Shown here: in pieces, positions 24,505 through 31,907 of the stretch
Numbering within the stretch: position 1 is the first letter of the stretch
Layout of the letters: the number at the start of each line of letters is the position of its first letter
Source: Micrococcus luteus NCTC 2665
GTDB lineage: Bacteria > Actinomycetota > Actinomycetes > Actinomycetales > Micrococcaceae
Direction: 5' to 3'
Assembly: GCF_000023205.1 (NCBI RefSeq)
Contig: NC_012803.1
Span: 2,310,001 to 2,342,000 of the forward strand
DNA: 32,000 bases
Position numbers and translations under genes: made by a program
Notes under the pieces: model-generated
The model's input: only the letters and a program-made list of their open reading frames with translations
Databases searched by the model: none
What the model was told of the DNA's origin: nothing

Positions 24505-24717
24505 TCAGGCGGAGCGCGGGTACAGCAGCATCCGCAGCACCGGGTAGGCCACGACCAGCGCGCCCAGGGTGATGCCCAGGCGGGGCAGGGTGGTCAGCTC
24601 GGTGGTCAGCCCGAGCACCACGACGACGGCGGTCGCCAGGGCCATCAGCAGGAACGTGATCGTCCGCTCGGCGCGGCGCACGGCGCGGGACTCGGTGGAG
24701 GCGGCGGGGGTGGTCAT
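24505..24717 (-). CDS. Small two-TM membrane protein (70 aa), unknown function
   Basis: ORF 24505..24801. The likely start is MTTPAASTESRAVRRAERTITFLLMALATAVVVVLGL..LGITLGALVVAYPVLRMLL at 24717, with GAAGGAG upstream. It is divergent from the ABC-2 operon. Confidence 0.55.
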   Translation of the reverse strand: MTTPAASTESRAVRRAERTITFLLMALATAVVVVLGLTTELTTLPRLGITLGALVVAYPVLRMLLYPRSA

Positions 24718-25003
24718 GGGGGGCTCCTTCGGGAGTCGGTGGCGACGGGCCGGCGGTCCGTCCTGGTGATGGCTCCATCCTTCCGGCGCCCGCCGCCGCA
24801 CTGAAGGGACCTGAGGCGGGATCGGGTGCCCCGTGGGTCGGCTCCTCGGCCCGACTTTCGGATGAGGAGCACTGGCGGGTCCGCCAGGCGGGGAGGCCCG
24901 TGCGGTCCGCCCCAGGTCGCACCGAGGTTCCGACCGTCGTCGCCCCCGGAACCATCCTCACGCCCCTGCCCCCGGCCACCCGGCGGACGCGAGCATCGTC
25001 ACC

Positions 25004-25798
25004 ATGAACACGCACACCGCCCTCACCCTCCCCTCCCCCGGCCGCACCGAGGCCCCCGCGATCCCCGCGGCTCCCGCGTCCGACGCACCGCCGGCCCCGC
25101 CGATGCTCTCGATCCGCCACGTGTCCAAGCACTACGGCGGCGTCCCCGCGGTGCAGGACGTCTCCTTCGACGTCCCCGCCGGCCGCATCACCGGCTTCGT
25201 CGGCCCCAACGGCGCGGGCAAGTCCACCGTGCTGCGCATGGCCCTCGGCCTCACCCGCCCGGACGCCGGCGAGGTGACCGTGGACGGCGCGCCGTTCGCC
25301 GACGCCGCCGCCCCCGGACGCACCGTGGGCGCCCTGCTGAGCGCGGAGTCCCTGCCGGGGCACATGACCGTCCGCGGCCACCTCGGGTGGGCCGCCGCCA
25401 CGCAGGGCCTGCCCCGCCGGCGGGTCCGCGAGGTCCTGGAGGCCGTGGGCCTGCCGCACGCCGGCCGACGTCGGATCAAGGGGCTCTCGCTGGGCATGCG
25501 CCAGCGCGTCGGGCTGGCCGCCGCCCTGCTGGGCGAGCCCCGCCTGCTCGTGCTGGACGAGCCCCTCAACGGCCTGGACACGGACGCGATCCTCGCGCTG
25601 CGCTCCCTGCTGACCGACTACGCGGCCCGCGGCAACACCGTGCTGCTGTCCTCGCACCTGATGGCCGAGCTGGCGCGGGTGGTGGACCACGTGGTGATGA
25701 TCCGCGGCGGCCGCCTCGTGGCCGCGGGCCCGCTGTCCGACTTCGAGTCCTCGGGCCGCACCCTCGAGGACGCCTACCTGCACCTCGTCCACGGCTGA
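25004..25798 (+). CDS. ABC transporter ATP-binding protein (ABC-2/CcmA-type)
   Basis: Walker A GPNGAGKSTVL, signature LSLGMRQRVGLAAAL, Walker B LLVLDEPLNGLD, H-loop LLSSHLM. The first 33 residues are a Pro/Ala-rich extension. An alternative start is MLSIRHV at 25103. Confidence 0.9.
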   Translation: MNTHTALTLPSPGRTEAPAIPAAPASDAPPAPPMLSIRHVSKHYGGVPAVQDVSFDVPAGRITGFVGPNGAGKSTVLRMALGLTRPDAGEVTVDGAPFADAAAPGRTVGALLSAESLPGHMTVRGHLGWAAATQGLPRRRVREVLEAVGLPHAGRRRIKGLSLGMRQRVGLAAALLGEPRLLVLDEPLNGLDTDAILALRSLLTDYAARGNTVLLSSHLMAELARVVDHVVMIRGGRLVAAGPLSDFESSGRTLEDAYLHLVHG

Positions 25799-25877
25799 CC
25801 GCCGTCCGAACCCCCGCACCCGCCCTTCCCGCACCCCCGCGCCCCCGCGCCCTGCGCCCCTGACCCTGGAGACCCCC

Positions 25878-26723
25878 ATGCAGACCGTCCTCGCCCCCTC
25901 GTCCCTGCCCGCCCCCGCCCCGCAGACCCTGCGCCACGTGCTCCGCGCCGAGGCCGGCCGCGCCGCCGGCCCGGGCGGGATGGTCGTGCCGTCCGTCGCC
26001 GCCGCGGCGCTCGGCACCGTCGCCGGCCTCGGCATGCACGCGGCCTCCCGCTGGATGTCCTCGACGCCGGAGCTGGCGGAGGGCACCGCGGCCGCGGCCC
26101 ACACCGCCGCGGCCACCGGGGTGGAGTCCGCCGTGGCGGTCGCCGCGCTGGTGATGTCCCTGGCCGCCGTCGTGCGGACCAGCCGGGACCAGGGCGCGGC
26201 CTTCGGCGCCCGCAGCCTGCTCGTGCCCCGCCGGGGACGACTGCTCGGCGCCCAGCTCGGCGCCCTGGCCGGCAGCGCGCTGCCGGCCCTGACGGCGACG
26301 GCGGTGCTCACCGCCGCGGCCATCGGCCTGACCGGCGGGGTCGTCCCGGCCGGGGCCGTGGGGCTCGCCGGGCTGCTGGCGGTGCTCGCCGGCACCGCCC
26401 TCGTGGTCCTCGCCGGCGGCCTGGCGGCGGCGGTGCGCTCCCTGCCCGTGGCGCTGCTGGCCTTCGTGGGCGTGATGGTCGTCCTCCCGCTGGCGATGAC
26501 CATGGCCCCGATGCTCCTGCCCGAAGCGATCGGCTCGGCCGTCACGGCGGCGGGCGCGTGGCTGCCCGCCCAGGCGTGGACGGGCGCGGCCGCGGTGTCC
26601 CAGCTCGACCCCGTGACCCCCGCCGCGCTGCTCCCGCTGGTCGGCCGCCTGGCGGTCCTCGTCGGCTGGACGGCGGCTGCCGTGCTCGCCGCCGTGGCCG
26701 TGGTCGCACGCAGGGACGCCTGA
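25878..26723 (+). CDS. ABC-2-type transporter permease (about 6 TM)
   Basis: A hydrophobic 281-aa ORF directly after the ATPase gene, with GGAGA upstream of the ATG. It has multiple Ala/Leu/Val-rich TM segments. The assignment rests on position and topology only. Confidence 0.7.
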   Translation: MQTVLAPSSLPAPAPQTLRHVLRAEAGRAAGPGGMVVPSVAAAALGTVAGLGMHAASRWMSSTPELAEGTAAAAHTAAATGVESAVAVAALVMSLAAVVRTSRDQGAAFGARSLLVPRRGRLLGAQLGALAGSALPALTATAVLTAAAIGLTGGVVPAGAVGLAGLLAVLAGTALVVLAGGLAAAVRSLPVALLAFVGVMVVLPLAMTMAPMLLPEAIGSAVTAAGAWLPAQAWTGAAAVSQLDPVTPAALLPLVGRLAVLVGWTAAAVLAAVAVVARRDA

Positions 26724-26765
26724 CGCTCCCCGCCTGAGGGTCCCGCCGCGCCGGGACCGCCTCCC

Positions 26766-26815
26766 GCCGCCGCCCTGCCCGCGTCTCAGACGCAGGCAGG
26801 GCGGCGGCTTTTCTG
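26766..26815 (+). terminator. Intrinsic terminator after the ABC-2 operon
   Basis: GCCGCCGCCCTGCCCGCGTCT / AGACGCAGGCAGGGCGGCGGC forms a long G/C stem with one bulge, followed by TTTTCTG. Confidence 0.7.
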
Positions 26816-27603
26816 CGCCCTTCCGCGTACGCACCGGAGAGCATTCATGTGCCCGGTATCGAGACATTTCACACCGATTGCCTGCCCCTCTCGAGGTGCA
26901 TTGAATTGTTCCCTCGGATCCCCTTCCGCGCCCCGAGCGCCAGGGCCTCCGGCCGGCGCGACCCGGGGGGACGGCCTGCCCGCCTCGACCCGGAGGACGG
27001 CCTGCCGGCATCCCCTCCACGGCCCCGGAAAGACGGACCGCCGACGGCCCCCGGAGCGCGGCGGCCAGTGGCCGGCCGGCGGACGGCTCGGAGCAGGTCA
27101 GCGCAGGCCGGCGCGGATCGCCGTCGATCGCCACGCGCGCCCCGGACGGCCACCGGCCACGGCCCCGGGAGCGCGTCATCCCGCGCCCCAGGGGCGTCCG
27201 GATCGCCTCGGATCGGCCCCGCAGCGGCGATGACGGCAACCGAGCCACTCCAGCCGTCCATCAAAGGTCGGGGCGGCGGCGCCCTGCCCTAGACCCACGA
27301 CGGCGGGCCCGGCACCTGAGTCGACCGGAGACGCCCACTTTGATCTCCTCACGGAGCCGCCTCAATGCGGACGGACATTCCACCTCATGGCGGTGTTTCC
27401 ACCCCTTGTCCGAGCGGGAGTATTGAGACATCGCAAGGGCGGAAAACACCTCCGGAGCGAAGGACAAGAAGTCACCACGACTCACCTGGAGAACGACTCC
27501 CGAGAGGAACAGACCCCTCTGGACCGGAGAGCCAGGACCCGCACACCACCCCTAGGGCGTGTTGCTAAAGGGTTCGGGGACGTGGATGCGCGAGTCTGGG
27601 GTC

Positions 27604-27993
27604 ATGTCGCGTGATGTCATCTCGGACGAGGTCTGGGCCGTGATCGGCCCACTGTTCCCCGAAGCCAAGACCACCGGGCGTCCGCCCGTGGATCGGCGCG
27701 CGGTGGTCGAGGCCACCGCGTGGCGCTTCCGCACCGGGGCGCCGTGGCGGGATCTGCCCGAGCGGTTCGGGAACTGGAACACGATCTACAAGAACTTCAA
27801 CCGGTGGGCCGCCCAGGGCGTGTGGGAGCGGGTGCTGGAGAAGACCCAGTCCATGGCACAGCAGGCTGGCGAGCTGGACTGGGTGGCCTCGATCGATTCC
27901 ACGATCGTGCGCGTCCACCAGCACGGGGCGACCCTGCCCCGCCCCACAGGGGGCCTGGATGAACTACAAGAAATCCGGGGACGAGCCGGCTGA
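27604..27993 (+). CDS. IS5-family transposase, N-terminal ORF (orfA)
   Basis: MSRDVISDEVWAVIGPLFPEAKTTGRPPVDRRAVVEATAWRFRTGAPWRDLPERFGNWNTIYKNFNRWAAQGVWERV matches the classical DUF4096/IS5 N-terminal domain. The ATG at 27604 lies within ORF 27559..27993. Confidence 0.9.
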   Translation: MSRDVISDEVWAVIGPLFPEAKTTGRPPVDRRAVVEATAWRFRTGAPWRDLPERFGNWNTIYKNFNRWAAQGVWERVLEKTQSMAQQAGELDWVASIDSTIVRVHQHGATLPRPTGGLDELQEIRGRAG

Positions 27994-28483
27994 TCATGCC
28001 ATCGGACGCTCCCGCGGCGGTCTGACGACGAAGAATCATCTGGTCTGTGATGGCAAGGGCCGGGTGCTGGCGTTCGTGGTGACCGGCGGGCAGGTCGCGG
28101 ACACCTCGATGCTGGCCACCACGCTGGAGCAGATCAGCGTTGCCGGGGCCCGTGGGCGGCCCCGGATACGGCCTGACCGCCTGATTGCGGACAAGGGCTA
28201 CCCCTCGAAGGCGAACCGGGCTTGGCTGCGCCGGCATGGCATCGCGGCCACGATCCCCGAGCGGGCCGATCAGATCGCGCACCGGCGCCGCCGCCCAGGA
28301 AGACCGATCGACTTCGGTGAAGACCAGCGCCAGCGCTACCGGGGACGCAATGTCGTGGAGCGGTGCTTCAACCGGCTCAAACAGTGGCGAGGGATCGCGA
28401 TGCGTTCGGACAAGTACGCCCGGAACTATCACGCCGGGCTCAGCCTCGCAGCGACACTGCACTGGCTGACTACCCTACTTTAG
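27959..28483 (+). CDS. IS5-family transposase, DDE catalytic ORF (orfB), in the +1 frame relative to orfA
   Basis: ..DHAIGRSRGGLTTKNHLVCDGKGRVLAFVVTGGQVADTS...LIADKGYPSKANRAWLRRHGI...YRGRNVVERCFNRLKQWRGIAMRSDK is the DDE_Tnp_1 pattern. It overlaps orfA by 35 nt. Joining the ORFs needs a +1 (or -2) shift near CAAGAAATCCGGGG. I cannot tell whether this is programmed or a disabling mutation. Confidence 0.85.
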   Translation: MNYKKSGDEPADHAIGRSRGGLTTKNHLVCDGKGRVLAFVVTGGQVADTSMLATTLEQISVAGARGRPRIRPDRLIADKGYPSKANRAWLRRHGIAATIPERADQIAHRRRRPGRPIDFGEDQRQRYRGRNVVERCFNRLKQWRGIAMRSDKYARNYHAGLSLAATLHWLTTLL

Positions 28484-28505
28484 CAACACGCCCTAGGAGA
28501 AACCC

Positions 28506-28679
28506 ATGTTCACCGTGATCGCCCGCCTGTCCGCCCTCGCCTGGAAGTACGGCCGGACCGCCGTCAACCGCGCCATCACCTTCGTGCGCAACAACAAGGC
28601 CACCATCGACCGCTGGATCGTCCGCTTCGGCTACGCCGGCGCCGTCGAGCAGGTCCTGCGCGCCATCGGCGTCCTCTGA
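28506..28679 (+). CDS. Leaderless class-II bacteriocin candidate (57 aa), aureocin A53 / lacticin Q-like
   Basis: Not in the ORF track because it is too short. My translation: MFTVIARLSALAWKYGRTAVNRAITFVRNNKATIDRWIVRFGYAGAVEQVLRAIGVL*. AGGAGA (28495-28500) lies 5 nt before the ATG. All 56 third positions after the ATG are G or C. A 13-bp-stem terminator follows. The peptide is cationic (7 Arg + 2 Lys vs 1 Asp + 1 Glu), has 2 Trp, and has no signal or leader peptide. The layout resembles the aureocin A53/lacticin Q sequences as I remember them. Confidence 0.65.
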   Translation: MFTVIARLSALAWKYGRTAVNRAITFVRNNKATIDRWIVRFGYAGAVEQVLRAIGVL

Positions 28680-28694
28680 GCGGACGTCCCACCC

Positions 28695-28732
28695 CCGAAA
28701 GCCCTCGTCGCCCCCGCGACGAGGGCTTCGGC
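28695..28732 (+). terminator. Stem-loop terminator after the bacteriocin-like ORF
   Basis: AAGCCCTCGTCGC (28699-28711), a CCCC loop, then GCGACGAGGGCTT (28716-28728). The 13-bp stem is perfect and extendable with a bulge (CCGAA/TTCGG). The U-tract is weak, as is common in high-GC actinobacteria. Confidence 0.6.
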
Positions 28733-28858
28733 GCGCCCGCCCTCCGCCTTTCGTCGCACTCCGCGCCCGACTCAGGTCCGTGGTCCCACCCCCGGCGCTC
28801 CGGGAGACTGGACGCGGCGGCGCACACCGCCCGCCACCGATCCCGAGGAAGACCCCGC

Positions 28859-29434
28859 ATGCTCGATCACCCGAACGCCGCCCCGTCGCCCGAGGACGCC
28901 CCGGCCGCGCCCGCCCGCCCGGCCGGCGACGCCGGGGTCACCCGGCTGCCCCGGCTCGCGCTGCGCGTGTGGCAGGCGACCACGTGCGCGACGGCCCTGC
29001 CGATCGCCGCCGTCCTGGCCGCCGTCGCGCTGTGGTGGGACCACCCGGTGGGCGGCCCCGTGCTGTGGATCCTCGTGGCCCTCACGGCGGCGGTCGCCCT
29101 CGCCGACCTGGCCGTCGTCAACCGCGTCCGGCACCGCAGCTACAGGTACACGGTGGACGAGGACGAGGTGTACATCGCCAAGGGCGCCCTCGTGCGCCAC
29201 ACGGTGGACGTCGCCGTGCCCCAGGTCCTGAGCGTGCACGTGGTCCGCGGCCCCCTGCAGCGGGCGCTCGGCCTGGCCACGGTGCGCTTCGTGAGCGTGG
29301 TGGACGCCGAGTCCCTCGGCCCCGTGGAGCTCGCCGAGGCGCAGCGCGTCAAGGAGGTCGTCCTGCGCGGGCTCGCCGCCCGCCGCCAGGAGTCGGCGAC
29401 CGCCCTCGTCGCCGCCGGTGAGGTCGCGCCGTGA
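28859..29434 (+). CDS. YdbS-like membrane protein with one bPH_2 (DUF304) bacterial PH domain
   Basis: Two TMs (ATALPIAAVLAAVALWW, VLWILVALTAAVALADLAVV). Then RSYRYTVDEDEVYIAKGALVRHTVDVAVPQVLSVHVVRGPLQRALGLATVRFVSV, the bPH_2 signature pattern. GAGGAAG lies upstream of the ATG. Confidence 0.8.
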   Translation: MLDHPNAAPSPEDAPAAPARPAGDAGVTRLPRLALRVWQATTCATALPIAAVLAAVALWWDHPVGGPVLWILVALTAAVALADLAVVNRVRHRSYRYTVDEDEVYIAKGALVRHTVDVAVPQVLSVHVVRGPLQRALGLATVRFVSVVDAESLGPVELAEAQRVKEVVLRGLAARRQESATALVAAGEVAP

Positions 29435-31065
29435 ACGCCGCGCCCCGGACCGGCAAGGCCGCCGTCGCCCGCCCCGACGCCTGGCCCGCGCCGGCGTCGT
29501 TCTCCGACTCCCCCCGCTACGTGCTCGCCCGCTGGATCACGGACCTGCCGGCCATGGCGATCGGGCTCGTCGGCTCGCTGACGTGGATCGCCCAGTGGCC
29601 CGCCCCCTGGGGGCCCCTCGTCCAGGCGCTGATGCTCCTGTGGGTCGCCTCCCTCGTGCTCGGCCCCGTGATCCGCTGGCGCACGGCCCGCTTCCACGTC
29701 TCCGCCGACGGCGTCCAGGTGGACAGCGGCCTGCTCTCGCGCCGCTTCGAGTCCCTGCCGTGGGACCTCGTGACGTCGGTGGACCACCGCCAGCCCTGGG
29801 CGTTCCAGCTGCTGGGCATCACCGAGGTGACGTGCACCCAGACCGGCGAGGACGGGTCCCGCGTCCGCCTGGACGGCCTGGCCCCCGCCGACCTCGCCGC
29901 GTTCCAGCGGCATGCCGACGCCGCCGCGGCGCTCGGCCGGTCCGCGCAGGCCGGGTCCTCGCGCGTCGAGGACATCGCGGCGTCGCGGGTCGACGACGAC
30001 GGCGCCCCGGCGGATCGCGCCGGGGCCGCCCCCGCCGACCAGGCCGACCGCGCCCCCACGGGCCAGGCCGACGCCGCCGACGCCGCCGCCCCGGCCGCCG
30101 TCGTCCACCGCACCACCCTCGCGGACCTGCTCGTGCTGAGCCTGGTCTACGGCCAGGTGCTGCTGCTGGTGCCGCCGGTGGCGTTCGGCCTCATGGAGCT
30201 GACGGACGTGCTGGGCCTCACCGAGCGCCTCGAGTCCCTGCTCTTCTCCGGGCTCGGCTCCTGGCCGACGGCGCTGCTGATCGTGGCCCTGGCCGTGGTC
30301 GTCGGGCTGACCGCCACCGTGGTCAAGTTCCACGGGTTCACGGTGCTCGCGACGCCGGAGGGTCGGCTGCGCATCCGCTACGGGCTGGTCTCCACGCACG
30401 AGCGCGTCATCACACCCGGCGCCGTGCAGGGCGTGGTGTGGCACCGCAACGCGGCCGAGCAGCTGCTGGGCCGGGCCCGGCTGTCCGTGCTCACCCTGGA
30501 CAGCGCGGCCCAGCTGGGCGGCAACCTCGTGCTGCCCTCGATGCCCGTGGAGCGGGCCCGGGCCATCGTGGCCGAGCACCTGCCCGAGTTCGCCGGCACG
30601 GCCCGCCGCCTGTCCACCGGCCTGGCGACGCCGGCCGTCAACCTGGTCTCCCTTCTCGCCCTCGCGGCGGCCTTCGCGGGGACCTGGGTGCTCACGGCCC
30701 AGACGTGGGGGTGGCCGTGGCCGCTCGCCGCCGGCGCCTGCCTCGCGGCCGCCGCCGTCGTGGCCGGGATCATCGCGGTGGCCACCGCGCGCCTCTACGC
30801 CGACCCCGCGGCGGGGCTGTTCCTCACCCGCCGGATCACGGTGGGCGAGCGGGTCACGGCCGTCCGGGCCACCCGCCTGCACGGGATCTCGGCGCACCAC
30901 CTGCACCACGCCCGCACCCCACGCGGCCGGCGCACCGCGTGGCTGCCCACGGTGTTCTACTTCGCCGGCGCCCCCCGCCGGGCCATGGCGCTCGTCACCG
31001 CGCCGGAGGCCGTGGAGGCGCTCCAGGCGATGGTGCGCCACTCCTCGGTGCCGCTGCGCGCCTGA
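29431..31065 (+). CDS. YdbT-like membrane protein with three bPH_2 (DUF304) domains
   Basis: GTG start in a GTGA overlap with the ydbS-like stop, indicating translational coupling. Repeated modules: RFHVSADGVQVDSGLLSRRFESLPWDLVTSVDHRQPWAFQLLGITEV.., RLRIRYGLVSTHERVITPGAVQGVVWHRNAAEQLLGRARLSVLTL.., and LFLTRRITVGERVTAVRATRLHGISA.. TM pairs lie between the modules. Confidence 0.8.
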   Translation: MNAAPRTGKAAVARPDAWPAPASFSDSPRYVLARWITDLPAMAIGLVGSLTWIAQWPAPWGPLVQALMLLWVASLVLGPVIRWRTARFHVSADGVQVDSGLLSRRFESLPWDLVTSVDHRQPWAFQLLGITEVTCTQTGEDGSRVRLDGLAPADLAAFQRHADAAAALGRSAQAGSSRVEDIAASRVDDDGAPADRAGAAPADQADRAPTGQADAADAAAPAAVVHRTTLADLLVLSLVYGQVLLLVPPVAFGLMELTDVLGLTERLESLLFSGLGSWPTALLIVALAVVVGLTATVVKFHGFTVLATPEGRLRIRYGLVSTHERVITPGAVQGVVWHRNAAEQLLGRARLSVLTLDSAAQLGGNLVLPSMPVERARAIVAEHLPEFAGTARRLSTGLATPAVNLVSLLALAAAFAGTWVLTAQTWGWPWPLAAGACLAAAAVVAGIIAVATARLYADPAAGLFLTRRITVGERVTAVRATRLHGISAHHLHHARTPRGRRTAWLPTVFYFAGAPRRAMALVTAPEAVEALQAMVRHSSVPLRA

Positions 31066-31128
31066 GCCGTTCCGACCTGAGACGTCCGGACGCGCGCCGT
31101 CCGGACACGAGCCGTCCGGACACGAGAC

Positions 31129-31174
31129 GAGGGGCTCCGGTCCGTCCCCCCTGGGGGTCGGTCCGGAGCCCCTC
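31129..31174. terminator. Bidirectional stem-loop between the convergent ydbT-like and kinase genes
   Basis: GAGGGGCTCCGG (31129-31140) pairs with CCGGAGCCCCTC (31163-31174), a perfect 12-bp stem. There is inner CCCCC/GGGGG pairing. It is preceded by a tandem CCGTCCGGACACGAG x2. Confidence 0.6.
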
Positions 31175-31196
31175 GCGGCGTGCGGAGGCGGTGCGC

Positions 31197-31907
31197 TCAG
31201 CGGCGGGGCAGCAGCACCTCGAGGCGGAGCCGGTCGGCGTCCGCCCGGACGGCGCACTCGCCGCCGTAGGCGTCCACCCGGGTCCGCAGGGACTCCTCCA
31301 GCCCACGCAGGCCGGCCGCGCCGGCACTGCGGGGCCGGGGGCCGGCGTCGGGGGCGCGGCGGGCGACGAGGCTCAGCGCCACCCGGTCCGCGGCGGGCCC
31401 CAGGCGCACGACGCCGTCCGCCAGCTCCGGATCCCGGGCGAGGGAGGCGAAGAGCTCCAGGAGGCGCAGGACGGCGACCCGGATGCTCGGCGAGAGCGCG
31501 TGGAGGTCCTCCTCGGCGACGTCCCACACCCATCCCGCGGGCACGACGGCGGCGGGGTCGAGGGGGTCGCCCGGGCCGGAGCCGGACGGCAGGTCGGCGG
31601 CGACGCGGTCCGTGCCGCGCAGCACCGTGAGCAGCCGGCGCACGTCGATGAGGGCCTGGTCGGCCATGCCGCGGATCCGGTGCTCGGCGTCGGCCCGCTC
31701 GGGCGATGCCGTCAGGCTCGGCAGCAGCGCGGCCTGCATGGACAGCGTGGTGAGGCTCTGGGCCAGGCCGGCGTGGAGGTCGTCGGCGATCTGCTCCTGC
31801 TCCACCGCCGTCGTCGTGCTGGGGACGCCCGGGCGGCGATCGCCGCCGTCGGGGGCGCGCCCGGGTCCGTCTCCGGTCCCCCGGGGGTGGTGCTGGGATG
31901 GAGTCAT
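31197..31907 (-). CDS. HisKA_3-type histidine kinase-like protein lacking any sensor/TM domain
   Basis: The H-box-like EQEQIADDLHAGLAQSLTTLSMQAALL follows the NarL-partner kinase pattern ER.RIAR.LHD.....L. The C-terminal third is HATPase-like, but I could not see clear N/G boxes. There is no hydrophobic N-terminus. Confidence 0.6.
   Translation of the reverse strand: MTPSQHHPRGTGDGPGRAPDGGDRRPGVPSTTTAVEQEQIADDLHAGLAQSLTTLSMQAALLPSLTASPERADAEHRIRGMADQALIDVRRLLTVLRGTDRVAADLPSGSGPGDPLDPAAVVPAGWVWDVAEEDLHALSPSIRVAVLRLLELFASLARDPELADGVVRLGPAADRVALSLVARRAPDAGPRPRSAGAAGLRGLEESLRTRVDAYGGECAVRADADRLRLEVLLPRR

Larger units (their letters stand above)
27555..28493 (+). mobile_element. IS5-family insertion sequence (939 bp; IS427/ISL2-like size class)
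   Basis: Perfect 16-bp terminal inverted repeats: GGGCGTGTTGCTAAAG (27555-27570) and CTTTAGCAACACGCCC (28478-28493). A TA dinucleotide is present on both flanks (27553-27554 and 28494-28495), consistent with insertion into CTAG with a 2-bp duplication. It contains a two-ORF DDE transposase. Confidence 0.9.

Noticed and set aside
24363-24572. ORF 24363..24572 (+) in the IS110 leader / flank
   Set aside because: It crosses the inferred IS boundary and the 3' end of the small membrane protein gene. It is better explained as non-coding structured leader.
26847-27292. Overlapping ORFs 26847..27233 (+), 26849..27292 (+) and 26869..27264 (-)
   Set aside because: Three mutually overlapping frames are open, all give Arg/Pro/Gly-rich products, none has an RBS or recognisable motifs, and third-position bias is mixed. 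I treat the region as non-coding or decayed.
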